The notes under the pieces are model-generated. The model did not search any database, was not told the DNA's origin, and saw only the letters and a list, made by a program, of their open reading frames with translations. From Monosiga brevicollis MX1 (Eukaryota): a DNA stretch of 64,000 nucleotides. Location: contig NW_001865083.1 in the NCBI RefSeq assembly GCF_000002865.3, positions 142,852 to 206,851 on the forward strand, written 5' to 3'. The first letter of the stretch is position 1. Every line of letters begins with the position of its first letter. Below are positions 42,203-56,841 of the stretch, one piece after another. The position numbers were made by a program, and so were the translations under genes.

Positions 42203-45200
42203 ATGGATACAATCCGCCGTACCATGTCCCTTCGTTCGCATGTAGGTGCCACCTTGTAGCCCCAGGCCACCTCCTCGTGCTTGCCCGTCCTCCTCTTTCC
42301 TCTTTCCTCTTCCCTCTTCCCTCTTCCCTCTCTTGTGAACCACTTGCCCCCATCCAAAGGCAGCACCCACTCCCATCTTGAAATACGCCATTCTTGATAT
42401 GATACCCCTGCCGCTCCTCACGGTTGAAACAATGGTGCGCGCCGCAGCTGGGGATGCTGAACAAGGCCACCAGCGACAAGAACGAGCCGACACCCGGCTA
42501 CATGTATGACGAGATTTGCCGGTTGACCTTTGAATCGGTGCAAATCTGCGATGATCTTCAAGAGTATCTCCTCTCACGACTCAAAAAGAAGGGCGTCCAC
42601 ACAAAGGTCAAGGTCCTCAAGGTCCTCAAGCACCTCGTCGAAAAGGGCCACGAATCCTTCTACCGCAGCCTGCAACACCGCAATGAGGACATTAAAGCCG
42701 AACTTTGTACGCTCCATCACCATCCTCCTCACTGCCTCCCCACCCCGTTCTTCCATTCTACACCCTGTCCTCATACCTACCATACCCTGTTCTGGGCGAC
42801 GCAGATTTCAAGGGGCCGGTGGACCCTTTGCACGGAGACACCTTCAACAAAGCTGTTCGCGATAATGCCAAGGTCAGCCGCCTGTTCTCTTGCATCCAAC
42901 GTCATCAGGCACGCCCCCCTCACCCTTTTCCTCCATCCCACGCGGATGCTTGCACAGGCCGTGATGGAGGCACTTTTCAATGGCGCTCAGGGTGGCCAGC
43001 GCCGGCCGCCCGAGGCCCGCACCTCAGCCGTAGCCCGCGATGGCTTTGGCAATACCTCCCATGGTGCCGGAACCAGCATCGGCCAAAGCCATTCCGGTCA
43101 AGCCGCCATGGCCGCCAAGTTTGGGGGCAGCTCCGCCCCCGCCAGTACGCCCACAAGTCTGGGCAACAATGCCTCTGCCGAAGGCCGCATGTGGGGCATG
43201 GGAAACCCCGACTCCCCCCCCCCCCCCCCCTTCCCCCCACCTTCCGCCTGCTTGATTTCTGCCTATTAAACTCTGAGGTCCACGGCCTTCGCCTCGTCAA
43301 GTGGCTGCTGATAGCATGGTTCATCCTGCCTGTGCACAGGCAACAGCCAGCAGCCTTCAGGCTTTGTCAACAAGATCAAGGCCAAAATCAATGACATTGC
43401 TGAGAACATTCCCGACTCCCTGGTCGGTGGTGCCACCGTTGCCAAGCGCCAAGGTTATCACCAGCCCGCTTACAATGCTCACAGGTAATCATCACCCGAC
43501 CAACGCCCATTCCATTCCCGCCGCGTGTTGAATCCCCCGCCCCCGTCGTCTCGAACCTTCTTTTCAAATGTCCAGGCATGCTGTCATGCCTTACCTCCCC
43601 TTTCCTTGGTCTCACCCGTTGTCCACATGCCATGCCCTATGACACCGTGTCAGCGAAATGGAGGCCTCCTTCAACCGCAACGCCGACGGCGGTTTCACCA
43701 GCGATGCCCCGCAACATCGGTCGGGTTTGCTAGCAACTGGAAATTCCAGCACTGCCATTCTTGGCACCAGTCCCAACGCCAACAACTCGCCCATCACCCG
43801 TGATACAGGCCACGAAAAACGTTTGGTGGCTGAGATTACTGCGGCCGGCGGTGTTCGTGTACGTGCCCTCGCCCACTTTTTTGGTTCAAGTGTAAAACTG
43901 GTCTCACCCCAGCCATCGATTCCCGCTTTGCCCCGCAGTCACAACCCCCTGCCGAAGACTTGGCCAAATTTGTTCAGCGCTGCCACAGTCTTGATTGTCA
44001 TCGTGTGGCCGAGGAACTTTTGGAAATCATCGATGGTGCTGACAACGACAAGCACGTTCAGGTGCGTGCGCCTGCAGCGGCTGGTCCTTTCTCCCATCAC
44101 CTTTTGTTGCTGCCTTGAAACCGGCACCCTCTTAAATCCATCGGTGGTTCTGCTGGCTCCTCACAACACAGCGCGCTCTTCATGTTGGGCTGGCACTTTC
44201 CACTTCGGGCATTGTCGGCATTCGCTCGTGCCTCGAGTGCATGCGTGCAACATTGGTGGTACGTTTGGGGTCGTATCTGCCCAGGGCTTGGAACGCTCAG
44301 CCATTCACGCTTGTTTTTATTTCTTCTCCTTGCAATGTCTTCATATGTTACATCGTCTTGCAGGAGCTGCAACAAGACGAGAGCCGCGCTATTCGAGCTA
44401 AATCGCAAAAGCTTCTCAAGGCAATCGAGGGCACGGCCACCGCCGGGAGCACCCCTGCGGCCACTGTTTCTGATGCTGCAGTCCCTGTCGGCGGAGGGGC
44501 CGACCTCTTGGATCTCGACCTGGTGGGTCTTGCCATCACGCGCAGTTTCTTTCGTGCACACTGCAGGTCTTGCTGAGTCTTGTGGTCGCGGGTCGATGCA
44601 TAATTTTAGGGGGGTGCACCTGCTCCGGTTGCCGCCGGTCAGGAAGGCGGATTTGACCCACTGTCAGACTTTTTGGGTGGTGCGACTCCAGCCACCGAGG
44701 TGGCTGCTGCGGCTCCTACTGCCTCTTCCACAGGTGGTGGCATGTTTGCTGGAATGGGCATGGCGGATCAGGGGGCACAGTCGTCGCCTGCAACTTCAAC
44801 CGGAGGCATGAGCTCCATGTTTTCCAACATGAATTTGGCCGGCAATTCGTCGGCGGCGCCATCCGTGGCGCCTGCGTCTAGCAGTGACGGCGATCTGCTG
44901 GCGGGTTTTGGTGGCGATGTTGCGACGGCCACACCTGCCGCAGCCCCCGCCAGCGGCGGCTCCATGTTTAGCGGTATGAACCTGGGTGGCAGCAGCAGCG
45001 GCGGCGGCAGTGATGCCGTCCCTTCGAGCACTACCCCCACCTCCAATTCCATGTGCGTGCCTTGCCAAACCAGTGCATCACCCAAGCCTGATTTGGGTGC
45101 TCTTTGAAGCCTGTTCCCCCTTTTGCTTGCATTTTGTGCGTTCAGGCTTGGTTCTCATGAAAGCATGTATGTCGCATGTGTAGGCAAGGCGATCTGATGT

Positions 45201-45694
45201 CCTTGGGCATGGGTTCCACAACCACCACGAGTACAGCGGGTGCGGCAAACCAAGACAGTCTGCTCGGCGACCTTCTCGGTGGCAGCTCTGCTGGGCCCGT
45301 GGTCCCGCAGGCAGGTTCGGCCACGGGTAGTTTGTTGGACCCCATGGGCGGGCTCATGGCCCCGCAGCAGTCGACAGCCCCGCAAAATATGGGCATGGGC
45401 ATGGGCATGGGCATGGGTATGGGCAACATGGGTATGGGCATGGGCATGCAACAGCAAGCCGGCATGGGCTATGGCTACATGGCTCAGCAACCTCAACAGC
45501 CCATGCAGCAGGGTTACGGCAATGGCATGTCCATGATGTACGGTGGGGGCATGATGGGTGCACCCAACTCGGGTGGTATGGCCAATGGGGCTTCCTTCAG
45601 CTTTGTCAACAACAACCCGAGTCGCACGGCCGCGCCAGCGCCCAAGAAGGATGCTTTTGACTTTGTAGCCGACACCATCGGCACACGCAAGTAA
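42203..45694 (+). CDS. TEPSIN: Tepsin, AP-4 accessory protein (ENTH plus second VHS/ENTH-like domain), multi-exon
   Basis: MDTIRRTMSLRSH|LGMLNKATSDKNEPTPGYMYDEI...LQEYLLSRL...KVKVLKVLKHL, FKGPVDPLHGDTFNKAVR, EKRLVAEITAAGGVR, and tail motifs MFAGM, MFSGMNL and ASFSFVN. Confidence 0.92.
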
Positions 45695-46220
45695 AGCCTT
45701 TCTGAGACAACTTTTTGGATGCATATGCCCACCTCCTGTTTTTGATGTGACGTTGCCAGCCGCGGATCACATGTTTTCTCCTCTCAGTGTGACTCGTGAT
45801 TGCAGCTCAATTTTGATAACGGTGCTCGGTCCTTGACCAGGCCCCGAGCACGGGGGGGGGGGNNNNNNNNNNNNNNNNNNNNNNNNNNNNNNNNNNNNNN
45901 NNNNNNNNNNNNNNNNNNNNNNNNNNNNNNNNNNNNNNNNNNNNNNNNNNNNNNNNNNNNNNNNNNNNNNNNNNNNNNNNNNNNNNNNNNNNNNNNNNNN
46001 NNNNNNNNNNNNNNNTTTTTTTTTCCCCACTTTGAACACTAAAATTGACATGTGAACAATATGGTATCAACGTTGCTGATGAGCTTTAGCTTTTTCAATG
46101 CCCCTGGAAAGCAGGTTCTCTACTTTGGGAGAATCAGAAAAGCGCCGAGACAGGACAACACCATGTCCTGACCTTGAGAACACCATGTCATGTCCTGACC
46201 TTGAACTGAGGCAGCGGCGT

Positions 46221-48851
46221 TCAAAAGGCGTGATCGGAATGAAAGTCGTTGACGTAAGAGGCTGCTGCACGGCTCACTTCGCCGGCATGTTGTTGGAGGC
46301 CCACGGAAATGGCGGTAAGACCTTGCGCCAGCGCGGGTTCTGGAACCGAGGCCAATTCCTCATTTGCTTGGATCAGACGGCTGCGGCATTCATCCAGAAG
46401 ATCGGACAAAACGTTGTATTGGATCACCAGGCGACAGATGAGGCTGGGCTGAGCCCCCATCCACGATTCCCCAGGAACGATAGTCATGAGATCATGGCGC
46501 TCTTGGCGGCTGCATTCAGTGAAGAGCTTGCTGACCACACACGATAATCGCCCTTCCTCAAGGTTGCGCATGGGGCTGCGCCCCGACGAGCCGGGCTCGG
46601 CCACAAACTCGTTGACATCTGCCAAAATCTACCAAACCCAGAGAAGTGGCACCGAGATGAGCACTCGAGCATCAGGACTGCACACCAAGTCAAAATGAAT
46701 GTGTGTGTGTGTGCGTGTGTGTGAAGCATGTGTCGAGTCGTGGAGGGGTGACGGCAAGGCTGGTGGGGATCACAAATCTGACATTGAATCGCACGTGCGA
46801 CGCTTGCGACACAATACTTACAAAAGCAACAAAAGCAACAAAAGCAACAAAAACAACAAAAACAACAAAAGAGAGAGAGGAAAAAAAAAAAAAAAAAAAA
46901 AAAAAGAGCAAAACAACACGAGAAAGGAGTCACAGGGCAGGTCAGGCTTCTGGGATTCGGGGCTGGGTGGTGTTTGTGCGCTTGTGCATCGGACAGCTGG
47001 AGAGCGTCGCTTGTGTGGAGCTGGGATGAGATGTGAGAGAACGTGGCGCTGGACTGCAGCTCGTTCGGGGGTCTCTACAGACCTTGAAAACGGCTCCAAA
47101 TTGTTGGGCGGCTGCAATGACCTGAGGGTGGGGCGTGCCTTGGGATGTCAGGGCGGCACCGACAGAGAGGGGAAGTACAAAGCGCAGCTGCGCTGTCAAG
47201 TGGAGAATAGACTCGACAGCTTCCACGACGGCTGCATCTGATTCCCACGCATGCATGCGCCAGCCCAACATGTCCTCAAATTGGTACGAGGCGGCGGTGA
47301 GGGCAACGTCTTCGATGACCTGGCTCAAGGCGGCAGCGCTTGTGGTTGGCAATTCACGAGCCACCTCCATGAAGAGTCGGTTGGCACTGGCATGCAAGCA
47401 GTCGGACAAGACAACGGCGTAGCTCTTGGAGAGCTCTTTGGAAGAGTACATGGAGGGACCGCGCAACACTTTGGTGCGAACGTGCTCCAGGGCCACGTTG
47501 ACGGTCGGGCAATTGCGCCGGCGCACCGATGCATCCATCACATCGTCCTAAGGAGCCCAGTAAAAAAAAAAAAACAAACATGGCGCAATTGCAATGTCCA
47601 GGGATCCAGTAAAACCATGAGCCGGCGTCGGAGACTCCTGGCAGGGGATGACACACGCACAAGCAGAGAAACTGCACAACGGAGCGCACTGACTTGGATG
47701 AGCATAAAGAGGTGCAGCAGTTCAACAGCTGCAGCCGTAGTAATGACAGCGTCCCGGTCGACAAGAGCTAGAGGTGTCTCAACGTCGGGTTGCGCTTGCA
47801 GAAGCACGAGCTGAGCACTGAGGTTGTGACGCTGGCGCGAGCGAGCAATGTTGAGAATGCTGGCGACACCTCGTTTCCACAACAGGTGATCGTGGCGGCG
47901 GTGTAGCGTAGCCAGGGTCTCATTGATGATGGCATCGACCACGTTGAGCTGTTCACCGACCAGTGCGTTGCAAACGGGAGTCGTCCGCGGCTCAAAGGAG
48001 CTGGCCGCTTGCAGGTTGTGTGTGATTGTGCGTTGTTGGCCCCGCTGGACACTGCTGGCGCGGTTGCGGTCCGACAACGCGGTTGCCGCGACCCAGCTGC
48101 TGGCATGCGCAAACCGAGGCAAACGGCGGGCACGCAAGGGATTCCGGATCCCTCGATTAGCCGCACCGCACCACACGGCCCGATCGGCAAGTGGCGCTGC
48201 CCTCAACACCCAGCCTCGCGTCCGCAGGCTCAACATCATATCGTTGACCCTGCCCAAATCTTACCCGACGCAACCAGCTACCCCAGGTGGGATAAGAGTG
48301 AAAATAGCANNNNNNNNNNNNNNNNNNNNNNNNNNNNNNNNNNNNNNNNNNNNNNNNNNNNNNNNNNNNNNNNNNNNNNNNNNNNNNNNNNNNNNNNNNN
48401 NNNNNNNNNNNNNNNNNNNNNNNNNNNNNNNNNNNNNNNNNNNNNNNNNNNNNNNNNNNNNNNNNNNNNNNNNNNNNNNNNNNNNNNNNNNNNNNNNNNN
48501 NNNNNNNNNNNNNNNNNNNNNNNNNNNNNNNNNNNNNNNNNNNNNNNNNNNNNNNNNNNNNNNNNNNNNNNNNNNNNNNNNNNNNNNNNNNNNNNNNNNN
48601 NNNNNNNNNNNNNNNNNNNNNNNNNNNNNNNNNNNNNNNNNNNNNNNNNNNNNNNNNNNNNNNNNNNNNNNNNNNNNNNNNNNNNNNNNNNNNNNNNNNN
48701 NNNNNNNNNNNNNNNNNNNNNNNNNNNNNNNNNNNNNNNNNNNNNNNNNNNNNNNNNNNNNNNNNNNNNNNNNNNNNNNNNNNNNNNNNNNNNNNNNNNN
48801 NNNNNNNNNNNNNNNNNNNNNNNNNNNNNNNNNNNNNNNNNNNNNNNNNNN

Positions 48852-48923
<72 letters not shown>

Positions 48924-49650
48924 AACTTTTAAGGCCAATCAGGCAGCCAGCCTCACAAGACAGGCAAGCAGCGGGATACGTTACAAGGCAACAGGGAAAG
49001 AGAGGCATTGGGCGTTGGCTCATTCGCACATTAGATAAAAGAAAGCGGGCACGGGAGAAGGTGCTGACCATCAATTGCAGGTTGCAGAGAAGGGCCGCGG
49101 TCGATCAAGCAGTAAGGCTTGATGACTTGGGGATAATAATGGCGACGAGAACAATCACACGAAAGAGAGGGAGAGAAAAGACGTCTACAGCTCAGTCAAA
49201 GAAAAGCGCAAAGAGAGTACTATCTACGCAGGACCATGGGGCAGAGCAGCACCGCACGTATCTCGGTCCTGATTCCAGCACTCAGGGTGCCACGTAAAAA
49301 AAAAAAAAAAAGACAACAACAAAACAAATCGAACAAGCAAACCAAAGCAAACCAAAACTCGAAAGGATGCTGTTACAAGATGCCCCTTGGCGAACACACA
49401 CACGCGCACACACACGCACACACACTTTGCCAGTTGCTTAGCGTGCTCCACTCGCCTGGAGGGTAGGACCCAGAAGCATGGCCAATCTCCGCAACTTCAT
49501 GTCCCACGTCAAGTCGGCGCATGAGACCAGCGCAGCGAGCGAAACCACACCGTCACAATGGGAAATGAACACCTGTGGGCCATCTGCTGCTAACAAAACA
49601 AAACGAGTTCGTGAACGGATGGAGCAGAGCCAAGCTGCTGATAGCATGGC
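46221..49650 (-). CDS. Multi-exon hypothetical protein spanning the gap at 48310-48851; boundaries approximate
   Basis: Consecutive GC-rich minus-strand ORFs (46221-46625, 46942-47541, 47538-48257, ~49450-49575) are separated by pyrimidine-rich introns. No family recognised. Confidence 0.5.
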
Positions 49651-49784
49651 TTCTGTCTTGCCCACTGCAAGAAAAAAAGAAAGAAGAAAAGAAAAAAGAA
49701 GGGGGGGGGGTTGGCTCTTGGTCAAGGGGGCAACACAAGCCCCGACAGACGGAACAAGGGTGATACACCCCAACCATCCTTCAT

Positions 49785-52700
49785 TTACGAAGATTCGGCA
49801 CCCAGATCGAGGGGCAAGGCAGCATTGGTCAGGCCGGGACGCATGGTGCTCGTCAATTGATCCGAAGCTGGACCAGCACTTCCGGCGTGTTCTGATCGCG
49901 GCGGCGACGCGCTGACTGATCGCTCCATCTGCACCTTGGCACCCAAATCCGCCAGACGGCGGCTCACATTGTGCATGGAGCGCTCCTGCATGGTGGTTTG
50001 CTCACCGCGCTGGAATGCACGCATGGTGGTATTGCGCAGCTGGAGCTGCGAGTGCATGTCGTCCAGCATACGCGTCTGCTCACGGCGCAAACGGTCCTCC
50101 AATGTTCGGCGATGGGTGCTCAAGCGCGCATTCTCCGCCTCCACGGCCTGTGCCCGCTGCTCGGCAGACATTAGGCGTCGTTCGCGGTCGTGGAGCGTGG
50201 CCACCATCTCCTGCTGAGCCGCTTGATCAACGCGCTGTTGCTGCTGCAGCCGATCATGGTCCGCCTTCAAATGCATCAACTGCTCGCGCAGTTGCTTGTT
50301 ATTGCCCGTCAGCGATGCACTGTTAACCTTTTCTCGATTGGCTACCGCCCGCTGTGCATCCAGCTGCCGCTCTAGCTCTCGAGCCAGCGCCGCGTGATTG
50401 GCTGCCTCGCGACGGCTAGCCTGCCGCAACTGCGCCACCTCCCGTTGCAACTCTTCGTTGGCCAAACGCAAACGCACAGCCTCGTCCTTCAAACTCTGCA
50501 CGTCCGCCTGTGCGTGACGTGCTGTCTCCTGCGCCAGTGCCAGTGCCTTGAGCTGCTCCTCCGCAGTCGCCATTTGCTCAGATAGCGCTCGGGTCTGTGC
50601 CTCAAAAGCGGCGCCATCATCCTGCGCCGTCGCCAAGTCCTGCCGCGCTGCTTCCAATGCCGCCGTGCACTGTTGCAGCTCTCGGCTGACCGGCTCCAAG
50701 CTGGCCACGGTCGCCGAGAGCTCAGATTGCAGTTGTGCAGCTCGCTCTTCGAGCTCAGCCACGCGCGAGCCCGCTGCTGTCGCCTCACGGCGCGCCGTCG
50801 CTAGCGCTGCCGTCGTAGACGCCAGTTCCTCCTCTCGCTGTCGAACCAAACCCCGAGCTTCCTCCGTACGACGTTCAGCCTCGCGCACTTTGTTTCGCGC
50901 CGCTTGCGTTGCTTCGCGAGCGTCTGCCAGCTCAGCGCGCAACGCGCCCATCTGCTCGTCAAATGTTGCTCTTTCCGCCTCAAACCCGTGGCGCACCGTC
51001 TCTAGCATGGCCTGGGCTTCCCCTGCTTCGTCGCGGGCATGCGTTAGGTGCTGCTGCAGCTCATTCTGAACCGACTGAAGGCGAGCTGCCAAGGCGGCGT
51101 TTTCCTCTCGGCTTTCCATCAACTGTCTCTCCAGTGCCACCCGCTCGCGCTGCTGAGCCTGTTGCTCCTGCTGCTGCGCCACGATGGCACTCTCGTCCAA
51201 AACTGGTGGTGCGTGAAGGCGATCACGCAACTCGCTGACCTCGGCCATAGCCGCATCTCGCTTGGCCTGAGCGGTTGTTGCTTGCTGCTCGGCCCGTTGC
51301 AGCTGCGCAGTCATCTTGGTGGTCGCCAAGGCCAATTGGCGCAGCTTCTGGGCTGGCTGTGTCAGCGTTGCAAAAGCAGACATCTCATCCTTTGGCAGGC
51401 CTCGCCATGCGCGATCAATCAGGCGCTCATGCTCAGCCAATGCCTCGCGATGGGCACCGTCCTCACTGCGCGCAGCTCGCAATTGCTGTTGAAGCTCGAC
51501 CACCTCCTTTTCGTATTGCTCCTGTTGGGTGGTGCGGTCACGATTCAGAGCGTCTAACATGCCCGCGCGCTCGGCCGCCGTGGTAGCCAAGCGATTCTCG
51601 GTGGAGCGCAGCTGACGAGCCAGCTGGTCACGCTCTTCGGTCAAGCGGTTGATTTGCTCCTGTTGTGCCGCATCATTCACACGGCGCTGATCGCGCTCTC
51701 GCGTCACGTCCGCTAGGAGTGTGCGGTTGGCGTCGTCCTGGTCCGCGCGATGACGCAGATAATCAAGTTCTTGCGTTCGGTTCTCCAGCAAGATTGCTTT
51801 GGTCCGAGCTTCTTCAGCAAGCGCCCGGTTTTGCTCTTGCAAGCGCGCACGCTCATTGCCCATGTCTCGGAACTCTTCGGTGCGCTGCAGGCGCAAACGA
51901 TTGAGCTCTTCCTCCAACTCGTTGACCTGGTCCTCAAAGCGCTGCACCCCCGATGTAAAGGTACTGCGCTCTTGCTCAAAGCTGTCGCGAATGGCCTCAA
52001 GCTCTTGGTCCTTGGCGGCGAGCGCCAGGCGCAGTGCCATGGCGTTGTGCTCGGCCGCTTCGATATCTTGCAGGTACTGGGCGTGGTCTGCCTCAGCTTG
52101 AATACGGTCCATGTTGCGGGCTTCACGTAACTTGGCCAATTCACCCTCTAGTCGTAGCTGCAAAAAGCAAGAAGAAACATGAGAGCAGAGCCCAACACCA
52201 ACATCGAATCGGTGAATTTTTTTCTCTTTTTCTTTTCCATACAAGGCAGCGATTTCCCTTTGTCCCGTGGCAGTCACCGCAAGACCACTGTTCCCAAACT
52301 GACCTGCTCTTTTTGATGACGTTCTGTAAGCGCGGCCCGCTCTTGAGCAAACCGTTGTCGCTCAGTCTCCAAGTCCAACTCGAAGCGGCGCAAGCGTTCC
52401 AAGGCCTCGCGTTCGCGTTCCTTGTACTCCTCCGTCGCTTGTTGCTCGACAGCCGACTTGTCGTAGATCTCACGCAGCTCACGCAACGTGCGCTCCAGCT
52501 CGGCCTCGTGGTTCTCGTGAATTTCAGCGATGACAAGGCTATGCTCCTGCTGCAAACGGGCAAGGTTTTCCTCGTGATGCGCGTGAGCCTGGCGTAGCTC
52601 TGCCTGTAACCGGTCGACTTGCTGCTGGTTGTTATTGAGCTCAATTTCATACTGGCGCAGCTGCTCCAGGATGCGTTCAATTCGGTCCTGATGTGACGCA

Positions 52701-55700
52701 TCGTTGTCCGTGGCAAAGCGCTGAGCACCGGCCAGATCTGATTCGTGCCGGCGTTGCTCCACCAGCAATGCTTCCTTCAAAGTTTGCATCTCCGCCTAGG
52801 GGATGCGCAAGAGGTAAGCAGGTCAGCATCAGCATAGAATAGCAACCACGCAAGTCCAAGGTGTGAAAGTTAGAAAGGCAACGGCAAAAGAAACAAAAAC
52901 TTGACAATGCGAAAAGGAAAATTTCAAAGCTACCGACCTCAAATTCGGCCTCCATTTCCAGCACGCGGGCATGGTTGTCCTCGGCAGCTTCCTGCAGGCG
53001 CACAATGTTGTTTTCAGCGAGGACGAGGTCCTCTTGAAGCGCATCGCGCTCTGCGGCGAGGCGCTCCATCTCCAGTTGCTGCTGTTCTCGCTCCGCCTGC
53101 AACCGTTGGGTGTCAGTCAGTTCCGTTTCCTTATTGAGGGACCGTGCCGCACGGAGTTGCTGCTCCAAGTTTTGCACTTCTTGTTGATGGCGCGAGCGCT
53201 CATTTCGCAACTGTTCCCTCAAGGCACCGACGTCAGCGGCGCTGCGCTGAATGATATCCTCCATCTGCCGAGCGACGAGGTGGGAGGAGGCAAGATGCCC
53301 GCTTGCTACATTCCCCGGAGCCGCAAAGGATCGCTCGCGCGCCTCCCCACTAGTTGGTGCGTTAGTGCCATGCATGGCAGAAGTGGCATTAGGTGAGAGA
53401 TTGAGAAGCTAGGATTCTTTTGGAGAGGAAAGAAGGCGGACTCTTTAGGGCGAGTCCAGCTCAGAGAATTGAGAATTGTGGGGGTGAGAAGCAAATGAAG
53501 GTACCTCATTTTGGAGCGGTTCAAGCTTGAGTCGAGGCCATGTGCAGCTTCCAGTTGCATCAGGCTACGCGCATGTTCAAATGAGCATCAAATCACATTA
53601 GACGAACGGGTGTGTTTTTTTTGTGCGGCAGAGATGGGCCTTGATCGTACCGAGCAGAAAGTTGACGATTCTCATCGCGCAAGGATCGAATGGTATCTTG
53701 GGCTTCCGACTCGCTGCGCTGGAGTTTTTTGCGTTGGGCTGACAGGGCGGCATGATCGCGGTGCAAGTCTCCCTGGTGGCGCGAATAGGCGTCGTCTTGT
53801 TGGCGTTGGTGTTGAGCGCGGAGTTGATCGACTTCAAACAAACGGTCTTGGGTGCCTTGCTCGGCATTTTCGAGCTGAGTTTGAAGACGACGAATAGCAG
53901 GGGCAATCTGATCTTGGCGATGAAGACGCAGAAGCGAGCGAGATTGCTCCAAATCGGGACGCATGCGATCGAGTTCCCGGCCCTGCTGGTCGACGCGTTG
54001 TTCAAACTCTGTGCACAAGGCAAAGAGCGTGTTCACCTGTTTCCAGGTGGAGGCGTTGGGGGAGCAGTCGTGAGCTTGCAGGTAATCAATGACTTTCTGC
54101 ATGTTCTGCTCCGTTTTGCGGTCTTGGGCGCGGCGGGCAGTGGCCAGGACGGGGGCGCCGGTGCGACGGGCCTTCTTGTCTGTGTTGGGTCGATGTGGGT
54201 GTTGGGCTCGTGAGCGTGCCTGGCATTCGTGGAGCCAAGCGTTCTCTTCCTCCAAAGCCTGCATGCGCTCGGCAACGACTGCACTTGGGGCTGCGCTCGG
54301 GGCAGCAGAAGCGGTATGGCCCTCGGCTGCAGCTGGGCCAGCACCAGAGGGTGTAATGACAGACAAGGCGCTGCCTCGTCGCTCGAGGGGAGGCCCAACA
54401 TCGCCGCTGGCCATGAAAGAGCCGCGACGAGAAAGAGGGGCACCAGCTGGGCGGAAGGGCGGGCGTTGGCTGTTTGGCACTGAGGGAGCACCACTTGACG
54501 AGGCAGTGCCCGAGCCACGCCGACTGCCCGGCCTATGTGCATCACCTTCTCCAGATGACGTGGGGCGGTGATTCATCTGCTGGGCCTGTTCAAGTTCGGC
54601 CTGGAATCGCTCCTCCGCTTCCTCCAGAAGCGCATGAAGCTCATTTACTTCTTGGCCAAGTGCAATGTTTTCGTCGCGTGCACGCTCAAGTTGTCGTTCC
54701 AGCTCGGCCATGTCAGCAGCACTGGCATTGGTGGTGGCGTGAGTTGCGGCAATGTCGGCTTCCAGAGCGAGCAGCTCATCTCGAAGGTCAACGTTTTCAG
54801 CCTGCAGGGCAGCCTCACGATTGACCAAGGACGCTCGACGTTTAGCTTCAGACAGTTGGGCCTCTAAGCGCGCGACTTGCTCTTGTAATTGGATGACTTG
54901 TGCAGACTGGCCCTCTACCGAGCGATTTAAAAACGGAGGGGAGGTGGGAGGCATGACGTGAGCTTGCCGGTGCAGGTGGGCTACAGGAGGCAAAGGCCTC
55001 GACAACAGCGCGCAAGGGGTTAGAAGAGGCCACATGCTCTCACCTGCGGTGGAGGGACGCGAGGTCTGTTGCTGAGCTTCACGGAGAGGGACATTGACAG
55101 GTTGCTCCACTGGTGCTTGCTCAAGCTCAGCAATGCGTGCCAACAAGGCATCGTTGTCTTGTTGGGCGTGGTGCAGTTCGCGTTGATGCTCACGGGTTAC
55201 GAGCTCGAGCTGTTCGCGCAGCTCATTAATGGCTGCAGGATCGACGGTCTCGTTTGCTAATTGCTCGTTGAGCGTGCGTAGTTCCGCGTTTTCGCGTTTG
55301 GTGCTTTCGAGCTCTAGCCGCATGTCTTCAATCATCTCGGTCATTCCCGCAACGCTCGAGAGGGAGTACCGAGAGCCGGTTTCCGAGTTTTCACCCAGAG
55401 CATCATTAAGAGCGTCAATCTCCCGCTCGTGCTCCTCCTGCATTTTCTCAAGCTCTTGCTGCAGTCTCAAAACCTACAAAGGAAGTCAGTTGAGAGGGTA
55501 CAGTGTTTGAGGGTTGATCGATAAAAAAAAGATAGACAGGTAAATGTGCGAGTGTGTGTGTGAGTGTGTGTGAGGAGAGGGAAGAGAGGCGAGACGGAGA
55601 AGCAGAAGAAGCAAGAGAAGGGAGAGAGAGAGAGAGAGCTCAGTGTTCTCCAAATGGAGTACAAAAAGGAAGGGGAGACGGAACGGTTGGGGGCAAAAGG

Positions 55701-56543
55701 GGACAAGAGGTACCTGTTTGTAGAGATTATCAGCTGGATGAGGGCCGGAGTAATGTTTTGTGGCATCTTCAAGTTGATCAATCAGGCGCTCTTGCTCGAC
55801 CTGTAATTCTTTAATCCTAGATTCAGGGGTTTGATGACGCCGTGAATGACAGATTGGGAAGCAGAAGCGTGGGAGGCTGAGCCAAAAGGCAAGAGGGAAG
55901 GGGGCGGATGGGAAAGGGAAAGGGAGAGGGAGAGGGAAGAGAAAGGGGAGGGGGGCACGGCAAAAATGAAAAAAGGACGAAAAGCATATGGGCACAGGCT
56001 TACCGGTCAGCTAGAGCAAGATTCTCCTCGCTCGATTCGGCAACCTCCGTGCGCAAGCGCATGCACTCGGCGTTGAGATTCTCATTTTCTTGTTCCAGCT
56101 GCAAGCAGGGAGGCGAGCAATGAGGGTGCCGAGCAATGAGGAGGGAGTGACGGCAGAGATTGTGGAGTTGCTGCGGGGAGTGCGAGTCTTCGTTTTACCT
56201 GTTCATATTTGTCATGAAGCTCGCGGTACTGTTCAAAGGCGACGGCTCGAATGTTCTGCTCGTGGTCTTGGCTGTGATCCAAGGAATGCCGGCGCAAGGG
56301 CTGTGGGGGCGAGAGAGTAGGGTTTACTTGGAGGTGAAGGGGTTTGGGCAAAGGGCGAAGCAGCGCTGCGAGCAAGAAGAGCGTACCACGTGAATGTGTC
56401 CTTCAATATTATTATGGGTGCCAGGGTGAGCTCCATTGGATTTGCCGGCCGAGGCTGAGGCCGATGCAAAGTGCGGGGTCTAATGTGGCGGATGTCATCA
56501 AGCCGCAAACGCGTGAGAGCGTGCATGTCACTTGTGTGTGTGC

Positions 56544-56574
<31 letters not shown>

Positions 56575-56841
56575 GTTGAAGACGGGCAAGGAGGGAGGGT
56601 TGCGAGCAACGCGTGTCAGTGGAGCGAGGGGCAAGCGGTTGGGGGCTGGTACCTGGGTGGGTTGATCTTCAAAATCAAAGTCGTCGTCGTCGTTTTCGTA
56701 ATCCTGGCCAGCGCTACCGTTTCCCGGGTAGCCGTTGTGGGGGACGGAGTGACGGGGAAAGGCAGGGGCCTCGGCAAAATCAGCCTGATCAAAAGTGTCG
56801 TCAACCAGACCGGCGGCCTGATCGGCGAAGCGTTGCGCCAT
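49785..56841 (-). CDS. Very long coiled-coil protein (centrosomal/cytoskeletal scaffold-like), multi-exon
   Basis: Start MAQRFADQ at 56841. E/Q/R/A/L-rich heptad ORFs at 53593-55470, 52677-53375, 52274-52789 and 49785-52277. No globular domain recognised. Confidence 0.8.
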
